A stretch of 55,089 nucleotides of DNA, from positions 1-55,089 of the forward strand of contig JBAXGH010000006.1 in the NCBI GenBank assembly GCA_037139515.1, read 5' to 3'. The notes under the pieces are model-generated. The model was not told the origin of the DNA. It saw only the letters and a program-made list of their open reading frames with translations, and ran no database searches. This DNA is from a bacterium (GTDB lineage: Bacteria > Patescibacteriota > Patescibacteriia > JBAXGH01). A program made the translations under genes and the position numbers. This document shows positions 9,698 through 20,894 of this stretch, piece after piece; the stretch's first letter is position 1, and each line of letters starts with the position of its first letter.

Positions 9698-11807
9698 AAT
9701 TACCATCAAAGACTATCTCTCGCAGAAAGGTGTTGAATTCCGAGAAAGTGGCGGCGAGCTGATCGCGCGTTGCATCTTCAGTGGCTGCGATGAAGACAGC
9801 CGAGGACTTGAGGCACATCTCTACTTCAGCGCCACTACGAGTCAGTACGAATGCAAAAAATGCAGCGCTAAGGGCAATCTCAAAACGCTCATGAAACATT
9901 TTGGTGATGATGTCTTCCAGGATAAGCCTCAAGAAAAGAAGGTCGTCATTTTTGACCCTCAGCTTGTTGAAAAATGCCACGCAGCGATGCCACCACAGAT
10001 CCGAGAGTATCTCCACAAGCGCGGACTCACCGATGCCGTCATCAATGACCACAAGCTCGGCTACGGATCGTTCTATCGCAAACCATGGATCACCATCCCC
10101 ATCAAGGACATTTACGGGAACTATGTCTTTTTCAAGCTGCGCCAAGACCCTACGCTTGGAAACGAAAAAATTACCTACCCAAAGGGAATCGAGGCGCAAA
10201 TCTATGATTGGGAAATGCTGGAAAAAACCGATGGCGCCCTCGTAATCTGCGAAGGCGAACTTGATCGATTACTTCTTCTTTCCAAAGGGGTGAAAGCAAT
10301 CACATCCACTCATGGCGCGATGACATTCAAGGAGGCGTGGGCGGAAAAAGCGAAGAAGAAAAAGAGTATCTACGTTTGTTTCGACAATGATGAAACTGGG
10401 CGGAAAGGTTCGGAGCGCGTCGCGAAGATGATTGAGGCTGGAGGCACCACTGAAGTTCGTCTCATCACACTCCCTTCTGAGGTCGGTGATGGTGGCGATG
10501 TTACCAACTACATCATGGAATGCGGTGGCACCGTCGAAGATCTGCTCGGTAAATACGCCAAACCCTACCCTGAACGAGTGGATACCTCCCAATTCAACCC
10601 TCTCACGCCTAACGAACTACTCGAGACACTCGGACTCACTATCAAATATGATGCAGAAAATAAACTCGCAACATTCCTCTGTGAACTTTCCGCGTACACC
10701 GAGAACTCCCAATTCAACATCAGCTACAATGCGCCATCTTCGACGGGCAAGAGTTTTATTCCGACCGAAATTGCCCGCCTCTTTCCGCCCGAGGACGTGA
10801 TGGAGATCGCTTATTGTAGCCCTACCGCGTTCTTCCATGATGCTGGTGAATACAACAAGGAAAAGAACTGCTATCTCGTTGATTTGTCGCACAAGGTGCT
10901 CATCTTTCTCGATCAGCCTCACAATGAGCTCCTCGCCCGTCTGCGCCCGCTCCTCTCTCATGACAAAAAAGAAATCATTTTGAAGATCACCGACAAGTCA
11001 CAAAAGTTTGGACTGAAGACTAAGAACATTCTTTTGCGTGGCTTCCCTGCTGTTATCTTCTGCACCGCTGGGCTCAAGATTGATGAACAAGAGGCAACGC
11101 GCTTTCTTCTTCTCTCCCCCGAAGTGAGTCAGGAAAAAATCCAACAAGGCATCAGCGCGACCATTCGCAAGGAGGCGGACAGCGAAAACTTTGTGAATCA
11201 ACTTGAGGAGAACCCAGACCGCATCCTGCTCAAGGAACGCATCCGCGCGATCAAGCTCGAGAACATCAAAGAGATTAACATCTCCGCCTTTGAAGGCATC
11301 GAAGAACGGTTCTTGAAGGCAAACAAAACGCTCAAACCGCGCCATCAACGCGACATCAAGCGATTACTCGCCATCATCAAATCCCTCGCTCTCCTGAATG
11401 TCTGGTGGCGCGAACGCGACGGTTCCATGATTATCGCTAACGATGACGACATTGAGGCGGCATTCGGACTTTGGGACAAAATCGCTGTCAGCCAAGAACT
11501 GAATTTGCCACCGTATATCTACAACATCTACACCGAAATCATTCTTCCTGCTTGGCACGAAAAGAATGCTCCTCAAGAGATCCTTGCACCCAATGCTGAA
11601 CGACTCGGACTTTTCCGCCAAGAGGTGCTGGATAAGCATTTCAAAGTCTATGGGCGGATGCTCGACACGCACCAACTCCGCCAACAAATCCTGCCTATGC
11701 TGGAAACAGCTGGTCTCATCGTGCAGGAGCAACATCCAGACGACAAACGTAAGATGATGATTTTCCCCTCCTCTCTCTATTCACTTCCAGAAACTGGTGG
11801 AAGCTAG
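9684..11807 (+). CDS. Primase (Zn finger + TOPRIM) fused to P-loop ATPase/helicase
   Basis: C/H/CxxC Zn finger, ICEGELD, CFDND, P-loop APSSTGKS. Confidence 0.88.
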   Translation: MNLNEITIKDYLSQKGVEFRESGGELIARCIFSGCDEDSRGLEAHLYFSATTSQYECKKCSAKGNLKTLMKHFGDDVFQDKPQEKKVVIFDPQLVEKCHAAMPPQIREYLHKRGLTDAVINDHKLGYGSFYRKPWITIPIKDIYGNYVFFKLRQDPTLGNEKITYPKGIEAQIYDWEMLEKTDGALVICEGELDRLLLLSKGVKAITSTHGAMTFKEAWAEKAKKKKSIYVCFDNDETGRKGSERVAKMIEAGGTTEVRLITLPSEVGDGGDVTNYIMECGGTVEDLLGKYAKPYPERVDTSQFNPLTPNELLETLGLTIKYDAENKLATFLCELSAYTENSQFNISYNAPSSTGKSFIPTEIARLFPPEDVMEIAYCSPTAFFHDAGEYNKEKNCYLVDLSHKVLIFLDQPHNELLARLRPLLSHDKKEIILKITDKSQKFGLKTKNILLRGFPAVIFCTAGLKIDEQEATRFLLLSPEVSQEKIQQGISATIRKEADSENFVNQLEENPDRILLKERIRAIKLENIKEINISAFEGIEERFLKANKTLKPRHQRDIKRLLAIIKSLALLNVWWRERDGSMIIANDDDIEAAFGLWDKIAVSQELNLPPYIYNIYTEIILPAWHEKNAPQEILAPNAERLGLFRQEVLDKHFKVYGRMLDTHQLRQQILPMLETAGLIVQEQHPDDKRKMMIFPSSLYSLPETGGS

Positions 11808-11891
11808 GGTGGGGTAAACGACACAGGAAGTAGTGAGGCGAGCCATCCAATATCCGATGCTCACGTTTTCTAATTGATAACCAAACAACCT

Positions 11892-12440
11892 ATGGGCGAC
11901 ATCTCCCAAAAACAACTTGAAGCAAACCGCGAGAATGCAAAGAAAGGCGGTGTAAAATCCGCCGAAGGAAAAGCTGTAAGCCGTTACAATGCCATGAAGC
12001 ACGGGCTCTTGAGTAAAGAAGTTTTACTCCAAGATGAGGATGAGGCGGATCTCGTGTCACTTGGCAAAGAACTACGCTCCGAGCTCTCACCAGCCTCTGA
12101 AATGGAACTCATGCTCGTTGACCGCATCACGGCGAACGTGTGGCGCTTACGGCGTGCTATGCGGATGGAGCGCGAGATGATTGAGGATGACATGAAGCCA
12201 TCGCCTTATTCTGAAATTCAGAAAAATAAAACACTTGGACAGGCAATGAGCTATGACTTCAGTAACTCTGACACCTACGGCAAGCTCATCCGCTACGAGT
12301 CGAGTATTGAACGCGGTATCTACAAGGCTCTCCATGAGCTCCAGCGCCTTCAGGCGATGCGTAACGGTGAGAATGTCCCCCCACTTGTTGCGGTGGACGT
12401 AGCGTGGTCAGGCGACCAATCAGATGGGTTCGTTTCGTAA
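11892..12440 (+). CDS. Conserved hypothetical element protein
   Basis: QLEANRENAKK...GKAVSRYNAMKHGL motif, recalled from mobile-element proteins. Confidence 0.75.
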   Translation: MGDISQKQLEANRENAKKGGVKSAEGKAVSRYNAMKHGLLSKEVLLQDEDEADLVSLGKELRSELSPASEMELMLVDRITANVWRLRRAMRMEREMIEDDMKPSPYSEIQKNKTLGQAMSYDFSNSDTYGKLIRYESSIERGIYKALHELQRLQAMRNGENVPPLVAVDVAWSGDQSDGFVS

Positions 12441-12571
12441 AAGCGGTTGTTTTTTGAAGTGATAATCAAAATATTCAAAACAATCCCAACCAAGCCAATA
12501 AATGGAACTTCTCGAAGGAAACATAACCGTTCAATCCCAAATGATTTCGGTAAAGAAACCGCGAAACAAAT

Positions 12572-13186
12572 ATGGGTCGCCACAGCTATTCTGACAAAAC
12601 CGAAGCAGACCATCTCAAGAAGATTGAAATTAGCTGGCTCAAGAAGCACGGTTTTCTTGAAGACTGGAAGTCAGGAACTATTAGCTGGACGTACAACGTC
12701 ACGGGTGATCAAAGCAGTATTGGGATCGAAGTATCAGCCTTAGCTAACGAGCCCTTCGCCCGACTTCACTATACGCAAACCGAGAACAACGGCGAGCAAC
12801 AAAAATTCGATTACAAGATACCGCTCACTACATCACCCTGCCCGCTTGGTGGTGAACGCTATTGGTTTCTCTGTCCATTCTTTAGGAGCGGTGAATATTG
12901 CGGACAACGGGTTGGCGTTCTCTATAAAAACGGAGATTACTTCGCCTGCCGTCACTGCAACAATCTCACCTACAGTTCAAAAAATGAGAACCGCAAGTAC
13001 AAGATGTTTCCTTTATTCAGCGTTATGACGCTTGAGAAAAAGATCGAGGATCTTCAGGCTAAAATCAAACGCCCTTACTACGCTGGCAAGCCGACAAAGA
13101 AGCAAAGGCGACTTGAAAAACTCTACGATCAGGCGTCCGCGAAATACCGAAAATACCCTTCCAGTCCCCTTGAAATGCTGATATAA
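12572..13186 (+). CDS. Hypothetical protein with putative Zn-binding motifs
   Basis: GGERYWFLCP...C...FACRHC...LTYSS. Confidence 0.75.
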   Translation: MGRHSYSDKTEADHLKKIEISWLKKHGFLEDWKSGTISWTYNVTGDQSSIGIEVSALANEPFARLHYTQTENNGEQQKFDYKIPLTTSPCPLGGERYWFLCPFFRSGEYCGQRVGVLYKNGDYFACRHCNNLTYSSKNENRKYKMFPLFSVMTLEKKIEDLQAKIKRPYYAGKPTKKQRRLEKLYDQASAKYRKYPSSPLEMLI

Positions 13187-13335
13187 TGCTTTTGTTGACC
13201 CGATGCCACCAATCTGTGCGAGGTATTTTTTGTTGAACATGATAGTAGCCCGAAAGGGGCGGTTTGCCGCTATCTGTTCAATCCTCGCGATTGCATGTAT
13301 CGGGTCAACCAGACCGTCCCTCTCGGGCTTTTTGT

Positions 13336-14949
13336 ATGAACAAACCTACCGACAAAATCAAATATTTTCTTTACGCGAGAAAATCATCGGAGAGCGATGA
13401 CCGTCAGGTTCAGTCTATCGATGATCAAATAAATCGCCTCAAGGAGTTCGCAAAAACTCTCAATCTTGATGTGAAAGAAATCATCACCGAGGCTATGTCC
13501 GCAAAGAAGCCGAGCGCGCGACCCATCTTCACCAAGATGATGGAGCGCATACAAAAAGGCGAGGCTCAAGGAATTCTTTGTTGGCAGATCAATCGCCTCA
13601 GTCGCAATCCAGTCGATTCTGGAATGATTAGCTGGATGCTTCAGCAGGGCGTATTGAAGTGCATTCAAACGATAGACCGTCAGTATCTCCCAGATGACAA
13701 TGTGCTCCTTTTCAACGTGGAAAGTGGCACCGCGAACCAATTTGTCATTGATTTACGCAAAAACAGCATGCGTGGCATGGTCGGAAAGGCGGATCGCGGT
13801 TGGTATCCATCTCGTGCTCCACTTGGGTATCTCAACGAAAAGCTCGAACACACCATTTATGAAGATCCAGAGCGCTTTGAGATGGTTCGAAAAATGTGGG
13901 ACATGATGCTGACGGGAAATTTCTCTCCGCCAAAGATCATCGAGATTGCGAATCGGGAGTGGGGCTTCCGAACATCAAAAGGTAAACGCCGTGGTGGCAA
14001 CGAACTCATTCAAAGCGTCATCTATAAAATGTTCGCCAATATTTTTTATACGGGAATGTTTGAATGGTCAGGAAAACTCTATAACGGAAATCACAAGGCA
14101 ATGATTACCATGGAAGAGTTTGATCGCGTGCAGATTCTCTTGGGTAGAAAAGGTAGACCTCGTCCCAAAACACATGCCTTCGCTTACACGGGTCTCATGC
14201 GCTGTGCAGAATGTGGCTCGATGTACACCGCTTGTGAGAAAACTAAAGTAGTGAAGAGCGAGGGGGTGCTAAAAACATACGTTTACTATTCTTGTACCAA
14301 AAAGAAGAAGGACACTAGGTGTACCCAACGCCCCATGACACTCGAAGAACTTGAAGGACAGGTAGATATCGAACTTGAAAGATATACTATCCTCCCCCAA
14401 TTTCAACAGTGGGCTCTTGAGATATTGAATCGCAAGAATGACGAGGAAATAGTAGATCGAACCAAGATATACGAGACGCAACACGCTTCTCTTACGGAAA
14501 CACAGAAAGAGCTCGATAATCTCACCCGCATGCGCTATCGGGAGCTTATTGATGACTCTACATTCATTCAGGAACGCGACATCTTGAAAGAGAAAATCTC
14601 TAAACTCAAAAATAATCTACGAGAAACGGAGAACCGCGCCGAGGTGTGGCTTGAGCTTACTGAGAAAACTTTTCACTTCGCTACCTACGCACGTCATAAA
14701 TTCCAAACAGGAACTCTTGATGAGAAGCGCGAGATCTTCACCGCACTTGGTCAGAACTTTTTGGTAAAAGATAAGAAAGTCAGCATTGATACCAATAAAT
14801 GGTTCCTTCCAATCGAAAAGGCTTATCCAGCACTCGAAGCAGCATTCAATCGGCGGGAACTAAATAAAAACGTTGATAACAAAAGCAGAAGTGAACACAG
14901 GGATTCACTTCTGCTCTTACTGGGTGCCCAACCGGATTCGAACCGGTGA
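13336..14949 (+). CDS. Large serine recombinase (integrase)
   Basis: YARKSS catalytic motif, NRLSRN, APLGY, Zn ribbon (CAEC...C...C), coiled coil; the ORF ends inside tRNA-His. Confidence 0.95.
   Translation: MNKPTDKIKYFLYARKSSESDDRQVQSIDDQINRLKEFAKTLNLDVKEIITEAMSAKKPSARPIFTKMMERIQKGEAQGILCWQINRLSRNPVDSGMISWMLQQGVLKCIQTIDRQYLPDDNVLLFNVESGTANQFVIDLRKNSMRGMVGKADRGWYPSRAPLGYLNEKLEHTIYEDPERFEMVRKMWDMMLTGNFSPPKIIEIANREWGFRTSKGKRRGGNELIQSVIYKMFANIFYTGMFEWSGKLYNGNHKAMITMEEFDRVQILLGRKGRPRPKTHAFAYTGLMRCAECGSMYTACEKTKVVKSEGVLKTYVYYSCTKKKKDTRCTQRPMTLEELEGQVDIELERYTILPQFQQWALEILNRKNDEEIVDRTKIYETQHASLTETQKELDNLTRMRYRELIDDSTFIQERDILKEKISKLKNNLRETENRAEVWLELTEKTFHFATYARHKFQTGTLDEKREIFTALGQNFLVKDKKVSIDTNKWFLPIEKAYPALEAAFNRRELNKNVDNKSRSEHRDSLLLLLGAQPDSNR
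14881..14918 (-). terminator. Element-supplied terminator for tRNA-His, inside the recombinase ORF
   Basis: AGCAGAAGTGAA...TTCACTTCTGCT inverted repeat with a T tract on the minus strand. Confidence 0.7.
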
Positions 14950-14994
14950 AAACAGGACCACAACCTGTTGTGTTACCGCTACACTATGGGCACC
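14923..14994 (-). tRNA. tRNA-His (GTG)
   Basis: G-1 plus GTGCCCA/TGGGCAC acceptor stem, C discriminator, anticodon arm ACAGG-TTGTGGT-CCTGT, T arm ACCGG-TTCGAAT-CCGGT. Confidence 0.97.
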
Positions 14995-15021
14995 ATATTT
15001 ACTGCGCCCGTGCAGAATAAC

Positions 15022-15813
15022 CTAACTTTGCTTCTTTTGCAATAACTCCGCATTGATTTCCTCATTTTTCAGTTCCCTCTCCCGAACCGCACCGAGTGCA
15101 ATCTCAAACAAAATCCGCATCGTTTTTGCGAGTGTCGGGCTTTCAATCAAAACAGAACACATGTCACCCTCAAAAGTCACCATCGCAATCTTATCACCCA
15201 TGATCATGATATCGGTGCCGAAATCTTTGTAATATTCCGGCAGATGGTATCGCTCCGGTTGAGCCGCGTTCGGCGCAAATTCTCCGGCACACAAACCCTT
15301 CGATACGATTCCGTGCCGCTGCAGTGCGTCCCGAAGAGGCGCTAAATCTTCCGGCTTCAAAACTTTTCGCATCGCATTCAAGTCGGCAATCTCAAGTATC
15401 TCGCCTTTTGTCGCGCCGGATTCGATATCGTGCAAAATCGCGCGCACACCTTCGCGACCGGTGTAAACATGAACCCGCGGACGATTTCCGCCCATCACGC
15501 GTTCCAGTTCTTTGATTTTTAAACTAACTTCTTCGCGCAATTCGTGAAGTTCCTGCTCGCGCCGTGTGAGTAGCCACGCTAATTTTGACGGATGCTCAGC
15601 AATAAAAACGCGACGTCCTTTTTCTTCAAATGAAGAGATCATCGAAATCCCGGTGAGCTTTTCGAGAGCCTCGTAAACCGATTGACGCGACAATCGAGTC
15701 AGCTTGCTAAGCTCAAGAACCGTCGAAGGTCCGCACTTTAAAGCTTCGAAATATACCCTGGATTCGGCATCGGAAAACCCGAGCGAGCCGAGCGTGTCTT
15801 TAATCTCAGTCAT
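15022..15813 (-). CDS. TrmB-family transcriptional regulator
   Basis: LGFSDAESRVY...LSRQSVYEALEKL wHTH followed by the YTGREGV domain. Confidence 0.88.
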   Translation of the reverse strand: MTEIKDTLGSLGFSDAESRVYFEALKCGPSTVLELSKLTRLSRQSVYEALEKLTGISMISSFEEKGRRVFIAEHPSKLAWLLTRREQELHELREEVSLKIKELERVMGGNRPRVHVYTGREGVRAILHDIESGATKGEILEIADLNAMRKVLKPEDLAPLRDALQRHGIVSKGLCAGEFAPNAAQPERYHLPEYYKDFGTDIMIMGDKIAMVTFEGDMCSVLIESPTLAKTMRILFEIALGAVRERELKNEEINAELLQKKQS

Positions 15814-15815
15814 AG

Positions 15816-15981
15816 ATTAAGTCTGTTGCCATTTAAGCTTCTTGATCAAAATGGCAGATTTCGAGCAAAGTCAACGTTAACAAATTTTTTTGTTTAGCCT
15901 TAGCTAAGCTGAAAAATTTTTGACTAGACTTTGCCGAAAGCTGTCTTTTTGAGCTGGAGCTTAAATGGCAACAGACTTAAT
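15816..15981. repeat. 166-bp imperfect palindrome with perfect 24-bp outer arms
   Basis: ATTAAGTCTGTTGCCATTTAAGCT (15816-15839) is the reverse complement of 15958-15981; the interior is also mirror-symmetric. Confidence 0.9.
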
Positions 15982-16536
15982 ACAATCTTATCGAAAGCTT
16001 GCATTTTAAACCAGCCGAGACTATCATCACGGGCGCCGAAGAGTTCTTTTTTGTTCGGCGGAAAGGAAACAATTCCCCATGGATGCGGAAACTCATCAAA
16101 CCCCATCGCCCGGTCCCGGGCCCTGAGGTGAGCTGTGATTACGGGCTAGCCAGAAGGAAGAAAAGCACGATAGGCGCTGAAACGCTTCTTCTTCCCACGG
16201 AACCTTTATTGATGTCCAGAAGAACGAACCTTAGGAAAGTCAGCCGCGGTATATGCGGTCATGACAAAAGGGAGTCGCGTTCTTCGCATCAAAATAGGTA
16301 AGGCCAAGTGCATAGCTAATGAGATTTCCATTTGCCGTAAATACGGTATCAACAAAGGAGCCCCGTACGAACACAAGATTGCGACCAAGTCGCGAAGAAA
16401 CATTCCCCCCGAGCCTGCTTCGCAGCGGACTCCTCTTTTTTTATCAATAATTCAATCAACTAAACCGTCATTGACAATATAGAGCTTTTCCCTTATTCTA
16501 CGCCAGAACTCGCTTTCAGGGTTTTTATTTTTTCAT

Positions 16537-18369
<1,833 letters not shown>

Positions 18370-18437
18370 CAGAATAAAAATCGCCTCCGAAATATCGGGG
18401 CGGTTTTTATTTTTGAGTGATGCTATAATCAGCGTAT

Positions 18438-19667
18438 ATGCCTATCATGCCACCGCCACAATTTAAGCCGGAACAAGCTTCAAACATGGACCAATACCGA
18501 AGGGCAGCGTTCATAAGAAAACCGGAGAATAGCTCCGAAGATAAAACAACAAATGAAGACTTTCTGCTGGAAACGGTTGGCGAAAGAACTCGTGCATTTG
18601 ATATTCAGGAAGCGGTCAAACTCTTCCTTGAAAACGCAAATCAGGAACGTGGCCTGCGCCTCGCTGGCGCTACTTTTCAAAACAAGCTGACACTGCATCT
18701 TTTTTCACTCATGAAAAATGGGGCGGTGGGCGCTGGTGACGTCGGAAAGGCCCTAAATGACTACATAAACCGATTGACCGTTGAAATAGAAAGAATTCCG
18801 GCAAACCAATGGCGAAAAGGAAGGCCGGATAGAACTGAGCTCTCAAAGCAGATGGAAATTACAAAAGCCGGTATTCAGAATTGCATGAGTGTCATCGGAT
18901 TGCTTTTCAGACAAGATCGCTTCAGAAATGGCAATGCGCGACTGGGTATTCACGATGTAATCGATGCTGGTTTTGCTACCGATTTAATAGAACACGAGCA
19001 CGATGCACATAACCCTGAAAGATCAATCGTGACTCTTTATCAATTAAAAGGCGGTAACTTTGCGGCCAAGAAAGGCACCTCAAGATTGGAACTCTTAAAG
19101 GATCCGGAAATAAACGAAATACTTAATAAGCAGCGCCGCCTAATTCGAAGTCTGGTTTCCGAAGATGAGGCAACGTTAGCCGAGGCGTCTCTTGGAAGAG
19201 TTGAGATTGCTAACACAAAAAATGCCTCGGAAACTAAAAAAGCTATCGAGGATTTTTGGAGAAACTGTCCGCAGCCTTCAAGATTATCAGACGAAGAACT
19301 GATAAAGCTATTGAATTTCCCGGTTCGTGCTTCGCGCGCTGACATGCAGAGAATTCTGCTGAATGAACCAAGCGCCTTGGCGATGGCGAGACTTGCTGTT
19401 ACTAAAGAGTACGTTCAAAAGTCGATTCCTGTCGCACTCGTACAAAAGGATATCCAGAATGCCGCAAGTCTTTTCAGTAAAAGACTCGTTGCATGGGCAA
19501 AGAATACCTCTCAAAACAACGAATACTACGCAAGCATAGCGCCACAAAAAGTCATCGGCTTCTCATCGGAAGCGGCAAAAAAAGTCACATTTCGTTCTAC
19601 AATACTCGCGGTTCAACGAACGCCTCTTGAATTAGTTTCCTTCCAGATTAGCGAAGACCTCACTTGA
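18438..19667 (+). CDS. Hypothetical protein
   Basis: 409 aa ORF preceded by an extended -10 TGCTATAAT (18421-18429). Confidence 0.75.
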   Translation: MPIMPPPQFKPEQASNMDQYRRAAFIRKPENSSEDKTTNEDFLLETVGERTRAFDIQEAVKLFLENANQERGLRLAGATFQNKLTLHLFSLMKNGAVGAGDVGKALNDYINRLTVEIERIPANQWRKGRPDRTELSKQMEITKAGIQNCMSVIGLLFRQDRFRNGNARLGIHDVIDAGFATDLIEHEHDAHNPERSIVTLYQLKGGNFAAKKGTSRLELLKDPEINEILNKQRRLIRSLVSEDEATLAEASLGRVEIANTKNASETKKAIEDFWRNCPQPSRLSDEELIKLLNFPVRASRADMQRILLNEPSALAMARLAVTKEYVQKSIPVALVQKDIQNAASLFSKRLVAWAKNTSQNNEYYASIAPQKVIGFSSEAAKKVTFRSTILAVQRTPLELVSFQISEDLT

Positions 19668-19712
19668 CACAATCATTATTTCATGTAATCTTAGCCATAA
19701 CGAGGTGAAACT

Positions 19713-19964
19713 ATGTCAAAGCAAAAAGATGATGACAAGCTCCTGAAAGCCATGGGAGCGACGCCGATTTCTCCACTCAAAGAGCCACGCCCGGCCTTCG
19801 ATCGACATGCCGTCGTACTCAACAAGGCGTTCGATTCCGAAGAGCACTGGAAGCTGTTCCGTGCAAGGTACGAAGGTAAAATCACGACTGAAGAATACGA
19901 TGCTGGCTTTGATGCGATTATCCGAAAAATCGAAGCCGAAGAACTCGCGACTGAAGCCAACTAG
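19713..19964 (+). CDS. Hypothetical protein
   Basis: GAGG RBS and an upstream TTGACA. Confidence 0.65.
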   Translation: MSKQKDDDKLLKAMGATPISPLKEPRPAFDRHAVVLNKAFDSEEHWKLFRARYEGKITTEEYDAGFDAIIRKIEAEELATEAN

Positions 19965-20743
19965 CTACACCCCACTCCTGATTCACCCCTCGAGTGGGAT
20001 TTTTTTATCCTTGAATGAAAAGCAATAGCGCAGACGGCGATCAGAATAAGATATAGTGCTGGATAAAAATAGTTTGGTGCGCTGAAATTAGGCGCCGCAA
20101 CTCGCAGCTGATCGTTTACAATTCGAAATGCCGAAAACCAGGTAACGAAAACCAAAATCGCAGCACCGTCGAAAAGTTTTTTTCGCAGAATAAAAACTGC
20201 GAGCGCGATTCCGACCGCGGCGGCAAGCAATTCATACAGCTGCGTCGGATGAACCGGGTTCACAAAAAACAAACTCGCCGGATCATGCAGAATCTGATAG
20301 CGATGCGGCGTGCTCCAAAAAGGGAATCTCATTCCCCACGGCAAACCGGTCTCGCGACCGAAGCAGCAGCCGTTCAAAAAACAACCGATGCGCAAAAATA
20401 CGATTCCGAGTCCGAGAAATGGCGCCGCGAGATCAGCCAGTCGCCAAAAGTTTAGCTTATAAATTTTTGCAAAGACCGCAGCCGCAACCGTACCTCCGAT
20501 AATCCCGCCGAACAGGGAAAATCCCGAAAAATCAAGCGCATATAATCGCGACGGAGTTTCCGCGTATCGCGAATAATCGGTTACGAAGTGCATCAAACGC
20601 GCCCCGACGAAAGCCACGACCGCTGAGACTCCGAGCAATACCACGGCGTGCGAAGATGAAACTTTATCTTTGCGAATCGAGTAAAGTGCGCCGCCAAAAA
20701 CCGTTGCTAATGCCAAAAGCATGAAGACCGTATAGGCCTTCAT
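19961..20743 (-). CDS. lgt: Prolipoprotein diacylglyceryl transferase
   Basis: GARL, RIGCFLNGCCFG, LPWGM, HPTQLYE. Confidence 0.92.
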   Translation of the reverse strand: MKAYTVFMLLALATVFGGALYSIRKDKVSSSHAVVLLGVSAVVAFVGARLMHFVTDYSRYAETPSRLYALDFSGFSLFGGIIGGTVAAAVFAKIYKLNFWRLADLAAPFLGLGIVFLRIGCFLNGCCFGRETGLPWGMRFPFWSTPHRYQILHDPASLFFVNPVHPTQLYELLAAAVGIALAVFILRKKLFDGAAILVFVTWFSAFRIVNDQLRVAAPNFSAPNYFYPALYLILIAVCAIAFHSRIKKSHSRGESGVGCS

Positions 20744-20800
20744 GCTTAGCGAGAGGAAAAATATATTGAACACGAATAGTGAATGCATGATACTTTTCAG

Positions 20801-20883
20801 CGTCATCCTCGCGCTTGACGCGAGGACCCATGACGATCAGACATGGGTCCTCGATAACTCGTGCTCGAGTTTCGAGGATGACG
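20801..20883. repeat. GTCATCC...GGATGAC REP-like palindrome
   Basis: Terminal CGTCATCCTCG/CGAGGATGACG; related copies at 27120-27208, 27052-27077, 35086-35112 and 38051-38111. Confidence 0.75.
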
Positions 20884-20894
20884 TCCACCTTTGT

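Larger units (their letters stand above)
1167..14928. mobile_element. Integrative element (serine recombinase, primase-ATPase, defence cargo) inserted in tRNA-His
   Basis: 7-bp direct repeats, recombinase ORF running into the tRNA, replication gene, R-M and RT cargo; no phage structural or conjugation genes recognised. Confidence 0.85.

Noticed and set aside
9171-14949. Prophage
   Set aside because: No terminase, capsid, tail or lysis genes; a satellite-like lifestyle is possible but unproven
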